From assembly GCA_965207225.1 (NCBI GenBank), contig CBDBLV010000005.1, positions 1,600,001 through 1,664,000 of the forward strand: a stretch of DNA of 64,000 bases, read 5' to 3'. The DNA comes from Dehalococcoidia bacterium. Its GTDB lineage: Bacteria; Chloroflexota; Dehalococcoidia; Plut-88900. Positions 18,271-27,925 of this stretch are shown here, piece after piece; positions within the stretch are counted from its first letter, which is position 1, and each line of letters begins with the position of its first letter. A program made the position numbers and the translations under genes. The notes beneath the pieces were generated by a model, which was not told the origin of the DNA, did no database searches, and saw nothing but the letters and a program-made list of their open reading frames with translations.

Positions 18271-18365
18271 CCCTGCGACACGCGAAGTCCCCGGAAATCC
18301 CTTTAAGCGTCGTTCAATCAAACCAGCTACGAGTTCAATCAACCTTCAATCAACGTTCAATCAAA
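18271..18365 (+). repeat. Dispersed element W with TTCAATCAA tandem units (copy 1)
   Basis: Homologous to the reverse complement of 54341-54464. Confidence 0.85.
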
Positions 18366-18508
18366 ACCCCCCACCCCCAACCGAACAAAAGCGGGGTGCG
18401 TCACTGCCCAACAAGGGCAGGCTGTTGACGCAATCTCCTTTTGACATTACCTTGTCGGAGCAATTGCCGGACTGAGAGACCCCAACACAACAACTTGGGA
18501 GAAGCACT

Positions 18509-19750
18509 ATGGGCAGGTCATTTCCAAAGACGGGCGCCAACTGGGACGAGCTCAAGGCTCGCCTGACCGAAGGCCGGCAGGAAGACGTCGACTGGCGCAC
18601 CGGGAAGATATCCGGCCTCCTCTACTACGCCGGCGAAGACGTTATAAAGGTCGCCCATGACGCCTACGCCATGTACTTCAACGAAAACGCGGTCTACCCG
18701 AAGGTGTTTCCCAGCCTTGCCAGGATGGAGGAAGAGGTAATCGACCTGAGCCTGGCGCTCCTGAACGGAGGAGAGCAGGCATCCGGGAGTATGACGACGG
18801 GAGGCACGGAAAGCATCTTCCTGGCCATCAAGACGGCCCGGGACTGGGCCCGGGCCAACAAGCCGCCCAACGGGACCCCCGAGATATTGATGTCCAGGAC
18901 GGCCCACCCGGCCTTCGACAGGGCCGCCGAGCTGATGGACCTTAAGGTCGTGCGCCTTGACCCGGGCCCCGACTTCCGCGCCGACGTTGACGCCATGTCC
19001 GACGCTATCACCGATAACACCATAATGATGGTCGGTTCCGCTCCCGAGTACCCCCACGGCATCGTCGACCCCATCACAGAGCTCGGCAAACTCGCCCAGT
19101 CCCGAGACCTATGGCTCCACGTCGATTGCTGCATTGGCGGCTTCATCGCCCCCTTTGTAAGGAAGCTCGGCTACCCCATACCCGACTTCGATTTCTCGGT
19201 GCCTGGGGTCAGGTCCATATCGGCGGACGTGCACAAGAACGGCTACGCGGCCAAGGGCGCCTCGACCGTCCTCTACAGTAATGCCGAATACCTGCAGTAC
19301 CAGGGGTTCGAGTTCGACCAGTGGTCGAAGGGCTACTACGGGACGCAGACGTTCGTTGGGAGCAGGCCGGGAGGGGCGGTGGCCTCGGCGTGGGCAGTCA
19401 TGAACTACCTTGGAGAAGAGGGTTACATGCGGATTGCCCAGGACGTAATGCACATCCGGGAAGCACTGATGGACGGTGTGAACCGGATAGGTGGGCTGGA
19501 GACCTACGGCGACCCCCAGCTGACCATCTTCACCTACGGGTCGAAAGAGTTCGACATCTTTGCGGTGGCGGACGGGATGGTGGATGCGGGGTGGTACACG
19601 AGCAGGATTCAAGAGCCCAATGCAATCCACATGATGCTATCGTTGATCCAGAAGCCGGTCGTGGAGGAGTACATCAGTGACCTTTCCTACGTGGTGAGCA
19701 AAGTACGGGAGGGTGGTCTGGTGTCGGAGAACAGGAAGATCATCTACTAG
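18509..19750 (+). CDS. PLP-dependent group II decarboxylase, sphingosine-1-phosphate-lyase-like
   Basis: TTGGTESI, AHPAF, WLHVDCCIGGF, SISADVHKNG, GSRPGG. Confidence 0.9.
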   Translation: MGRSFPKTGANWDELKARLTEGRQEDVDWRTGKISGLLYYAGEDVIKVAHDAYAMYFNENAVYPKVFPSLARMEEEVIDLSLALLNGGEQASGSMTTGGTESIFLAIKTARDWARANKPPNGTPEILMSRTAHPAFDRAAELMDLKVVRLDPGPDFRADVDAMSDAITDNTIMMVGSAPEYPHGIVDPITELGKLAQSRDLWLHVDCCIGGFIAPFVRKLGYPIPDFDFSVPGVRSISADVHKNGYAAKGASTVLYSNAEYLQYQGFEFDQWSKGYYGTQTFVGSRPGGAVASAWAVMNYLGEEGYMRIAQDVMHIREALMDGVNRIGGLETYGDPQLTIFTYGSKEFDIFAVADGMVDAGWYTSRIQEPNAIHMMLSLIQKPVVEEYISDLSYVVSKVREGGLVSENRKIIY

Positions 19751-19944
19751 GGCGGGATGGGGGGTGGGGATATGGTTGCGGCCGTTGGATACCGGCGGCC
19801 TCGACATCAGGACGACTCTTACTCCACGCCAGATTCCTCACGGAACATCGGGATGACAGTAATGCGTGAGTCCCGGTTTGGGAGAGTGGCGAAGGCACAA
19901 AATGAAAAGGTAGAATGGCGCATTACTTTTGCCGGAGGGCAACG

Positions 19945-20943
19945 ATGGCCAAACCGAAAATTTATGTAACACGACAGATATTCGACGAAGCCGTAGAGAA
20001 GCTGCGCGATGCCACGGAGATGAAGTACTGGGACTCCGAGATGCCGCCGCCCAGGGACGTTCTCCTGAAGGAGGTGCAGGACATCGACGGGCTGTACTGT
20101 CTCCTGACGGAGAAGATAGACGCGGAGCTGTTTGATGTGGCGCCGAACCTGCGAGTTGTGAGCAACATGGCAGTCGGGTTCGACAACATAGACATCGCCG
20201 AGGCGACGAAGCGAGGGATACCGGTAGGGAACACCCCCGGGGTACTGACGGAGACTACGGCCGACTTCGCATTTGCGCTGCTTATGGCGGCGGGCCGGAG
20301 GGTGTCGGAAGGCGATCGCTACACGAGAGCAGGCAAATGGAAGACCTGGGGCCCGAAAGTGCTTTTGGGACAGGACATCCACGGGTCCACGCTGGGGATC
20401 ATCGGGTTTGGGCGAATCGGGATCGAGATGGCGAAGCGGGCAAGGGGTTTCGGGATGAGCATCGCCTACTACGACATATTCAGAAACGAGGCGGCGGAAA
20501 AGGAATACAACGCCACGTATTGTACGGACCTCAAGGACCTTCTGGGACAATCGGACTTCGTGAGCGTTCACGTTAACTTGACCCCCGAGACCCGGCACCT
20601 GATCAACAGCGACACTCTGGGGGCGATGAAGTCTACGGCGGTGCTGGTGAACACGTCTCGAGGGCCGGTAGTGGACCAGGCTGCCCTATACCATGCGCTA
20701 AAGGACGGGACAATAGCGGCGGCGGGGCTGGACGTCACGGAGGTGGAGCCGATCTCGATGGAAGACCCGCTCCTGACGCTTGAGAACGTGATAATTGCGC
20801 CCCACATAGCCAGCGGCAGCGTTGTGACGAGGACCAAAATGTCGTTGATGGCGGTGGACAACCTGATGGCCGGGCTTAACGGGGAACCGCTGCCCAACAC
20901 CCCCAACCCCGAGGCCCGGGACGTCAGGGCGAAGATGGGTTGA
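19945..20943 (+). CDS. gyaR: D-glycerate dehydrogenase / glyoxylate reductase (D-2-hydroxyacid dehydrogenase)
   Basis: AVGFDNID, NTPGVLTETTAD, GFGRIG, NTSRGPVVD, GLDV, PHIAS. Confidence 0.9.
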   Translation: MAKPKIYVTRQIFDEAVEKLRDATEMKYWDSEMPPPRDVLLKEVQDIDGLYCLLTEKIDAELFDVAPNLRVVSNMAVGFDNIDIAEATKRGIPVGNTPGVLTETTADFAFALLMAAGRRVSEGDRYTRAGKWKTWGPKVLLGQDIHGSTLGIIGFGRIGIEMAKRARGFGMSIAYYDIFRNEAAEKEYNATYCTDLKDLLGQSDFVSVHVNLTPETRHLINSDTLGAMKSTAVLVNTSRGPVVDQAALYHALKDGTIAAAGLDVTEVEPISMEDPLLTLENVIIAPHIASGSVVTRTKMSLMAVDNLMAGLNGEPLPNTPNPEARDVRAKMG

Positions 20944-23150
20944 CTGGAGACCTCGGGCGCCGAATGAGGTCGGGGGGCGGGGGATGGTGGAGAGTTTTGC
21001 TTGCGCCATTGGTCCTGTTTGTCCTGGCAGCGCAAGTTTCATGTATCGCGTCGGTGGAGGCCACGGGTGACGAGGAGGACTGGGTAGAGGTTAGGCTGGA
21101 CGCCTACTTCACGCTGTTCAACGTCACCTCCGAGGGTAGGGATGTGGTAGAGACGCTGGATTTCAGGCAGATGGAGGGGCGGCCGGCCTGGTACGGGAGC
21201 ACAGGGTATCGAGGGTTTACGGGGGTCGGACAGGCTCGGCCGGACGCGGTGGCACATGAACTAGGGCACGCCTATTGGGGGGCGTTTCCGGTTACGGGAC
21301 ACCCTGAACTATCGTGGGACGTAGCCCCGGGCGCTAACCTATCTACAGCGATGGCCCGTTACCACGATGACCTTGTCAAATTCATGCTTCAGCCACCGGA
21401 CAGGTACGAGCCGCTGAGGGAGCGGTTCAGGAACTTCCCGAATCTCACTAAAGGTCGAATCCCGGACCTGATACACGCGGGAGAAGCGGACATACCGCGC
21501 TTTACTGCGGGAGACTTGGGTCTGGTGCCACCCATCTTGAGAAAGTACTTCGACAGGTATCTGTCAGATGGAGGGCTTGAAACATGGGCTGACCTTATGG
21601 GCTGGTACGCGGCCCTTGAGCCCGGCGACAGGCGCCTGGCCGACACTTATCTTCAAATTGCACATATTCCAAGGGACGCCTATTCGGGGGTGGAGCGGGA
21701 AGAAGGTGCGATGCTGGATGATGCATTGAGAGAGACGCTGGTCGGGGAGGAGAGGCAAAGGCTAATCGACTTTGTTGAGCAGTTCGATGCTGTGCTCAAA
21801 AACGACGACAGCCTGAAGGATGCGGTGAACGTGGATAGGGGATTCCCGTTCTGGCGGAGCTATTTGAGGGAAATGTTCGCATTTCACAAGCGATATCCGG
21901 AAGTGGTGGGGGAGTACGAGGCCACTGATAATGACGGCTCCATAGAGTCGGCGTTTGAGGCACTGGAGTCAGCGATGGCTCTAAGCCATGATAGGGCAGT
22001 CGGATTTCTGACCGACAGGCTGGAAGAAGACTCTTTCCTGTACAACTTCCTGCCGATTCTGGACGACAAACTTCTCTTGGCAGTGCTGGAGCCGGAAACG
22101 GAAGGGACTCCTCCTCATGAGTTGCCGAAAGGTGCGGACGCCTTCGTGGAGGAACTGAGGCACTTCATTGCGGACGTGGAGAAGATTGTCGAGGTGGGGA
22201 GACGGGAGCCGGCGGAGGGCGCCATAGTCGCAGAACAACTTGTTGCGAGATACGAAATAGAAAGTCCGACTAAGCTACAACAAAGTGTGGACACTTTCAT
22301 TGATCTGCTGTTCAGCACCGACAGGCGGGTTGCCAGGGAAATTATGGCCAACCTTCCCGATGACCTCGCCGTGGCCCTGCTGGAACTTACGCCGGCCAAG
22401 GCTCGGCTGAGTTTGCAACCTGTCCAGCTGGTCGACGCACTGGGGATTCAGGAAGATGCTGATCGAGAGGTGTTTACGGAAGGGCTAGGGACACTATTCG
22501 AGAACAGTTCCGGAAACTTCGAAATCGACGTGCGTACGAATGAAGCAGCGTATGACCGGATCGCTGCGAGAGGGTCGAGGGACCCGCAAGGGACGTTAGA
22601 GATCCTCAGGGATGTGCAGCCCCGGGTTAGGGAATTTATCGCCTACAAACCGGAGGAAACGGTGGCGATTCTGAGTTCAGATTTGCAGACTACGCTGGAC
22701 CTGGTGCTGGAGTCAGGGCCGGTGCGGACGCCACCGGCGCGACTGATATACCAGATCGCCTATTTCGATGTGGATTTCGCAGCGGAAATTGTTTCGGGGC
22801 TGGGGAGGAGGGGAGAGGATGAGGTAGTGCAAGAGAGCCTGGCGTATTTTGCGTATGATCTGGAGAGGTCTCGGGACTACCCGGAACAAAGGATATCGCT
22901 GGAGAGGGACGGAGAGTTTCTGTCGGGGCTGATGGAGAGGAACGGATCGTGGTGGCTTATCAGGATGTTAGCAGGAGCGGTAGAGAAGTATGGGCGGGAG
23001 GTCTCGATGGGGAATGTAGACAGAGACTTTCTGGAAGCATTCAAGGAGACACTGGGAGCGGCGGTGACAATCATTGAGGGACCTTGGGAGAAGGAGAGGT
23101 TGGGTCGGGTGGTTGAGGAGGCGTTCGGGGTAGGGAGGCCGCATCTTTAA
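20940..23150 (+). CDS. Exported hypothetical protein with HExxH zinc-binding motif
   Basis: Signal-like hydrophobic N-terminus ending VSC; VAHELGHAYW; 736-aa ORF overlapping the upstream stop. Confidence 0.75.
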   Translation: MTGDLGRRMRSGGGGWWRVLLAPLVLFVLAAQVSCIASVEATGDEEDWVEVRLDAYFTLFNVTSEGRDVVETLDFRQMEGRPAWYGSTGYRGFTGVGQARPDAVAHELGHAYWGAFPVTGHPELSWDVAPGANLSTAMARYHDDLVKFMLQPPDRYEPLRERFRNFPNLTKGRIPDLIHAGEADIPRFTAGDLGLVPPILRKYFDRYLSDGGLETWADLMGWYAALEPGDRRLADTYLQIAHIPRDAYSGVEREEGAMLDDALRETLVGEERQRLIDFVEQFDAVLKNDDSLKDAVNVDRGFPFWRSYLREMFAFHKRYPEVVGEYEATDNDGSIESAFEALESAMALSHDRAVGFLTDRLEEDSFLYNFLPILDDKLLLAVLEPETEGTPPHELPKGADAFVEELRHFIADVEKIVEVGRREPAEGAIVAEQLVARYEIESPTKLQQSVDTFIDLLFSTDRRVAREIMANLPDDLAVALLELTPAKARLSLQPVQLVDALGIQEDADREVFTEGLGTLFENSSGNFEIDVRTNEAAYDRIAARGSRDPQGTLEILRDVQPRVREFIAYKPEETVAILSSDLQTTLDLVLESGPVRTPPARLIYQIAYFDVDFAAEIVSGLGRRGEDEVVQESLAYFAYDLERSRDYPEQRISLERDGEFLSGLMERNGSWWLIRMLAGAVEKYGREVSMGNVDRDFLEAFKETLGAAVTIIEGPWEKERLGRVVEEAFGVGRPHL

Positions 23151-23216
23151 CTGAAGCAGCGGCTGTGTAAACCAGTCATATAATTGCGACAGGGGGGCGA
23201 CAAAGGCAGGAGTGAT

Positions 23217-23898
23217 TTGAGCAATTCTAACGGCAGATCGTACGTCAAATATACGTTTTTCAAAGCGGACAAGGAGTGGCGGAGACTATCGGGTGGCGAG
23301 AGGATGCAGGGGAGAGAACAGTTCGCTGCGATTCTGGATGAGTGCTCGGACAGGTTGATGGTCGGTCGGAATCCGGGGGGATACCGATCTGCTGATCTGG
23401 AATGCGTGCGATGAACTGGAGCCGATACAGCAGTTGACGGCGGCGCTTTTGGGGTCGGGGCTGGGGAAGCACCTAGATATCCCGTATTCGTACCTGGCGA
23501 TGACCCGGAAGTCGATTTACACGGAGAAGCACCGGCACCCGGGGCAGGAGGGGAACAGGCTGAAGATCACTCCAACGGGAGCCCGGTACCTGTTCGTCTA
23601 CCCGTTTGTGAAGACCCGGGCGTGGTATATGCTGGACAAAGCGGAGAGGCAGCGGATGATGGATGCGCACATCACCACGGGGCACAAGTACCCATCGGTG
23701 AAGATCAACACCAGCTACTCCTTTGGGTTGGACGATCAGGAGTTCATGGTCTCCTTCGAGACGGACAGCCCGTCGGACTTCCTGGACCTCGTGATGGAGC
23801 TCCGCGGGACGGAGGCTAGCAGCTACACACTGCGGGACACGCCGATTTTCACGTGCGTATCCATGAGTCCGATGGAGGCGCTGGAGATGCTGGGCTAG
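23217..23898 (+). pseudogene. Chlorite dismutase/coproheme decarboxylase family protein, frameshifted at about 23364
   Basis: N-half YVKYTFFK..WRRL in one frame; VGIRGDTDLLIW..YSYLAMT..VYPFVKTRAWY..SFGLDDQEF in the next frame; TTG start after AGGAG. Confidence 0.8.
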
Positions 23899-25052
23899 CC
23901 GACTGCTGCCTGCTGCCGGGACTCTACGAGGGGGATGACCCTCTCCGCGAACAACTCGATGGAGCGCATGACGTGGCGGTGGTCCAGACCCGGCATGGCC
24001 ATAAGGGTCAGCAGGCTGTCCAACTGATACTCCTCATCAAGCTCGCGGATCTTGGCGGCGACGAACTCGGGATCTCCGATGAAGAGGTGGTTTTTCTCCA
24101 TGAGGAAGTCGAACCAGGGTTTCACCTTGTCCTCTTCGGTGAGCTCCTCGCCGGGTTCGAGGTAGATGGAGCGGGGTCTGGCGCCGCTGGTGTACTGAGC
24201 CAGGGCGTTTAGGGGGCCTTCGGCGATGCGCCGGGCCTCTTCGTTGGTCTCGGCGACGAAGGTTGTGCGGAGAAGGGCGCAGTCCTCGCCGAGAGCCATA
24301 GGCCGACCATTGACCCGGGTTGCGGCCTCCTGGTAGGTGGAGAATACCTCCCAAAGGCTGCCCCGGGCCCTGAGCCAGGTCATAGGTTTGAGCCCGAGCT
24401 CGGCGGCGACGACGAAGCCAGGGGTCTTGTCGACGACGTTCCAGAGAGGGGGGTGGGGGGACTGGAAGGGCTTGGGCTGGATGGACATGCCGATATACTC
24501 GCCCTCTTCGGAGCGGTACCTGGGGTCGCGCTCGCGCCAGGAGTGGCTGTCTTTAACGCCGGGGTGGGGGAAGCTGTAGAACTCTCCGTCGTAGGTGAAG
24601 GGGTCCTCGGTCCAGGCCCTTTTCATAATATCTACGGTCTCGGTGAAGACGCGCCAGTTCTTCTGCTCGTTGCGGCGGTCTGCTTCGATGTTCAGGTTGG
24701 TGAGCTCCCGGGGGAAGATGCCGCGCCCGACGCCGCACTCGACGCGTCCGCCGCTGAGCTGGTCGAGCATGGCGACGTCCTCGGCGACGCGGAGGGGGTG
24801 CCACTGGGGGACGATGAGCGCTGCAAGGCCAAGCCGGACATCGGTGGTCTTGGCGGCCAGATGGGAGAGGATCATCATGGGGTTGGGGATCCCGTCGAAA
24901 CCCTCGCCGCCGAAGTGGTGCTCGCCGAGCCAGACGGCGTTGAAGCCCGCCTGCTCGATGGCGAGAGTCTGCTCGGTGAGTTCGGAGAGGATCTGGTTGT
25001 ATGGGAGTCGGAGGTCGGGGTTGTCCAGAGTGGAGAAGAAACCGAATTTCAA
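23895..25052 (-). CDS. LLM-class flavin-dependent oxidoreductase
   Basis: GFNAVWLGEHHF, WHPLRVAEDVAMLDQLSGGRVECGVGRG, PKPFQSPHPP. Confidence 0.93.
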   Translation of the reverse strand: MKFGFFSTLDNPDLRLPYNQILSELTEQTLAIEQAGFNAVWLGEHHFGGEGFDGIPNPMMILSHLAAKTTDVRLGLAALIVPQWHPLRVAEDVAMLDQLSGGRVECGVGRGIFPRELTNLNIEADRRNEQKNWRVFTETVDIMKRAWTEDPFTYDGEFYSFPHPGVKDSHSWRERDPRYRSEEGEYIGMSIQPKPFQSPHPPLWNVVDKTPGFVVAAELGLKPMTWLRARGSLWEVFSTYQEAATRVNGRPMALGEDCALLRTTFVAETNEEARRIAEGPLNALAQYTSGARPRSIYLEPGEELTEEDKVKPWFDFLMEKNHLFIGDPEFVAAKIRELDEEYQLDSLLTLMAMPGLDHRHVMRSIELFAERVIPLVESRQQAAVG

Positions 25053-25235
25053 GATCAGACTCCTGCTGCCTTGTGTAATCGGGCCTCAGGTTAGCACAGG
25101 CGGGAAAGGGAGTCTATCAGCAGGGGGGAGATGAGATGAAGGTCGGTCTGGGTGTTGTGGGGGGAGGGGTGGGATTATGGGCTAGCGGGGCAGGTCCTTT
25201 CTATGGGCGGGACCCGCCACGCCCCCGCACCGCCC

Positions 25236-25401
25236 TGGATTCCCGACTGCTCGGGAATGACGGATTGGGAAGGGATGGATTCCGGCTCGGGGGCCGGAAT
25301 GACGGAAAGGGGAGGGGTGAGTTGCGGGGTCAGGGGTGAGTGTTTCGGAGGGATGGATTCCTGCCTCCGCAGGAATGACGAAGAAGAGGCGGGAATGACG
25401 G
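25236..25401. repeat. Cluster of X-family palindromes (TGGATTCC-N-GGAATGAC)
   Basis: Copies at 25236, 25276 and 25354 plus a half copy near 25390; inner stems differ but stay paired. Confidence 0.85.
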
Positions 25402-25546
25402 TGTAAAGGGAGGGGAATGCCAGCGCCCCCTCATCGGCGTAAGCCGGGGCGTCGGGGACCGGAACGTGGGCAATCGCCTGGGCGTTGGCCCGGGCAATCT
25501 TCGCAAGGCCGGGTAGGGCGTTGCGGGCGTACCTCCGCGCAAAGGC

Positions 25547-25681
25547 GCGGGCATCCACAGCGGAGGGGAAAGCTCGCAAAGGGTTAGCTGTGGGAAATAC
25601 ATCTGCGGCGAGCCTGGGCAGGCATCCACGGCGGAGGGGGGCACTCGCGGGGGTTAGCCGTGGGAACATCTGCAGCGAGTG
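25547..25681. ncRNA. Putative tandem pseudoknotted RNA motif (2 copies), unassigned
   Basis: Two ~70-nt units, each with two crossing stems showing compensatory changes. Confidence 0.45.
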
Positions 25682-26032
25682 AAAGCAGGCATCCATCCGT
25701 ACGCCGCTATGGGCGCAGGTGGGGTCCTTCCGCGGAAAACCGCGGGCATCCACGTCCGGGTGGGGCAGCAAGGGAAGATGCGGCTCCTTAGTGACGCCGG
25801 ACGGCAGTAGTCGAGAGGGGGCGCTGGGCTTTGAACTTCCACGGGGGAAGGGTGAAGGGCTGAGGGACACGGTAGGCGGAAAGGTAGTGGGGAGGAGGTG
25901 CGTGTCGGCAGAGGGTCGGTCCCATACCGACCGGGTGCGACGGGGCCATGTGAGGCCTATGCGGCTCATGGGACTCCTTTAGTCCTTTCCTGGTTTGGTG
26001 GCCCGGGTAACGAGGCCGGTGCCACGAACATA

Positions 26033-26060
26033 AGTATAGCACATACATTTACAAAATCAA
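26033..26060 (-). promoter_or_regulatory. Sigma70-type promoter (extended -10) facing the 25.4-26.0 kb non-coding region
   Basis: TTGATT-16-TATACT with TG two bases upstream of the -10, minus strand. Confidence 0.55.
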
Positions 26061-26116
26061 TAGGTGGGGGTGGTAATGGAGGAACGCGACGGATTGCAAA
26101 AGCGTGGTCCGCCCCT

Positions 26117-26291
26117 GCTCATACTTCGAGTGGCCTCAGCATGAGCGGCCCAACCCCAAGAAGGAAACTCCCTCACCCCGCCCCAGATTCCTCGCGGGGC
26201 ATCGGAATGACAGGGGAGAAGGCTGTGGGTGGGGTGAAGGATGGTTGTGGGTTGGCGGGCGTGAGAGATCTTTCGCGGGGCATCGGAATGG
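26117..26291. repeat. Y + X + X repeat mosaic
   Basis: GCTCATACTTCGAGTGGCCTCAGCATGAGCGGC near 26118; AGATTCCTCGCGGGGCATCGGAATGACAG at 26185; degenerate X at 26266. Confidence 0.85.
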
Positions 26292-26365
26292 GATAAAGGG
26301 AGTAGGGTAGGGGGCTGTGCTAAAATCGGCGAATCCGGGCATTGAAGAGCGAGGCATTTACGCGC

Positions 26366-27130
26366 ATGCAGCTACCTCACATAGGACTGGATATTGACGG
26401 ACCGGTGGCCGTTTTGACGTTGAGGGGAGAGGATGAGTCCAATCGTGTGACGGCGGCAATGGGGGAGGACATGGCGGCGACGGTTGAATGGGTCAGGGAC
26501 GACGAGAGTGTGCGGGTTGTGGTGGTGACGGGGGAGGGTGCGGTGTTCTCCGGGGGGACAGAGGCGGCGGTGAGGGAGGTCGTGGGCAGGGGTGTTGACA
26601 GGGCGCCGGGCGCGGCCCGCCATATCGCTCAACTGGCTTTACCGGTGATTGCGGCAGTCAATGGGGATGCGCTGGGGTTGGGGCTGGAGCTGGCGCTGGC
26701 CTGTGACCTTAGGGTGGCGAGCGAGGAAGCCGTTTTCGCGATGGACCAGATCAAGTACGGAATGATGTCGTGGGACGGCGGGACGCAGCGTTTGCCGAGG
26801 CTGGTGGGCCGGGGGCGGGGGGCGGCGATGGTTTTAACCGGGATGGAGGTGGATGCCGAGAGGGCGCTGGAGATGGGGTTGGCGCACGCCTTGTTTCCGA
26901 GGGAATCGGTGGTGAAGGAAGCCATTGCGCTGGCGCACAGAATTGCGAACCATGCCCCCGTGGCCCTGGAGTATGCAAAAGAAACGATAAACAAGGGGAT
27001 GGACATGACGCTGGACCAGGGGCTCAGGCTGGAGCAGGACCTGACCGTGATATTGCAGTCGACGGCAGACCGGGCCGAGGGAATCCGGTCTTTCCTGGAG
27101 AAGCGCAAGCCAGAATTCCGCGGCGAATAG
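26366..27130 (+). CDS. Enoyl-CoA hydratase/isomerase family protein
   Basis: PVIAAVNGDALGLGLELALACDLR, GGTQRLPRLVG, FLEKRKPEF. Confidence 0.92.
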   Translation: MQLPHIGLDIDGPVAVLTLRGEDESNRVTAAMGEDMAATVEWVRDDESVRVVVVTGEGAVFSGGTEAAVREVVGRGVDRAPGAARHIAQLALPVIAAVNGDALGLGLELALACDLRVASEEAVFAMDQIKYGMMSWDGGTQRLPRLVGRGRGAAMVLTGMEVDAERALEMGLAHALFPRESVVKEAIALAHRIANHAPVALEYAKETINKGMDMTLDQGLRLEQDLTVILQSTADRAEGIRSFLEKRKPEFRGE

Positions 27131-27137
27131 GGGCGGT

Positions 27138-27869
27138 ATGGAGAGTTTCGAGACGGTTATCTTCGAGATACGGGACTCGGTGGCGTGGGTCACACTTAAC
27201 AGGCCCCGGGTGCTGAACGCTTACAACGTCCAGATGCGGGACGACCTGTATGAGGCATTAACTGCGGTGTCGTGGGACTCGGAGATCAGGGCGGTGGTGA
27301 TATCGGGGGCCGGGGACCGGGCGTTTTGCGCAGGCGCCGACCTGACGGAGTTCGGGACTGCGCCATCGCAGAGGATTGCACGGCAGGTGAGGTGGGAGAG
27401 GGACGTGTGGGGCTTGCTTATGGATTTGCCCATCCCGACGATTGCGGCGATGCACGGGTACGTTTTTGGGTCGGGCCTAGAGATTGCGCTGTGCTGCGAT
27501 ATCAGAATCGCGACGCCGAATGCAATCTTCGGGCTGCCGGAGACGTCGTTAGGTTTCATACCGGCGGCGGGGGCCACTCAGACTTTTCCGAGGGCGGTCG
27601 GGACCGGGCAGGCATTGTGGACGCTGTTGACCGCAGAGCGGATGGACGCTAATCGGGCGCTCTCAATGGGGCTGATCAGCGAGATAGTGCCGGAGGGTGG
27701 ATTGAAGGCCCGGTGCGGGGCTTTGGCGGAGGGGTTCTTTAGGTCGGGGACGCGTCCCCTGGCGGCGGCGAAGGCAGCGATGCGTCGGGGGCTGGACCTG
27801 CTCCTGGAAGAGGGGCTGGGGGTGGAGTCGGGGCTGGCGCGAGAGCTTATCCGAGCCGGCAATAGATAA
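27138..27869 (+). CDS. Enoyl-CoA hydratase/isomerase family protein
   Basis: VTLNRP, AFCAGADL, GSGLEIALCCDIR, FGLPETSLG. Confidence 0.92.
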   Translation: MESFETVIFEIRDSVAWVTLNRPRVLNAYNVQMRDDLYEALTAVSWDSEIRAVVISGAGDRAFCAGADLTEFGTAPSQRIARQVRWERDVWGLLMDLPIPTIAAMHGYVFGSGLEIALCCDIRIATPNAIFGLPETSLGFIPAAGATQTFPRAVGTGQALWTLLTAERMDANRALSMGLISEIVPEGGLKARCGALAEGFFRSGTRPLAAAKAAMRRGLDLLLEEGLGVESGLARELIRAGNR

Positions 27870-27925
27870 ACGTTGAAGGGCGCGATAGAATAGTGGCCCA
27901 AAGCCTAGAAACAGGGGAACGGTGA

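Noticed and set aside
17009-18475. 488-aa ORF as a single real gene
   Set aside because: It reads through the MSRI cassette, the terminase fragment and several DNA repeats; the C-terminal half is translated repeat sequence.
25547-25681. HDV-like ribozyme, SAM-II, SAH or guanidine-III assignment for the pseudoknot
   Set aside because: No P3/L3 element or diagnostic conserved nucleotides recognisable by eye.
25175-25969. 264-aa minus-strand ORF as a protein gene
   Set aside because: Pro/Arg-rich, its internal repeats shift frame, and it ends in X repeats; only the 5' cassette is supported.
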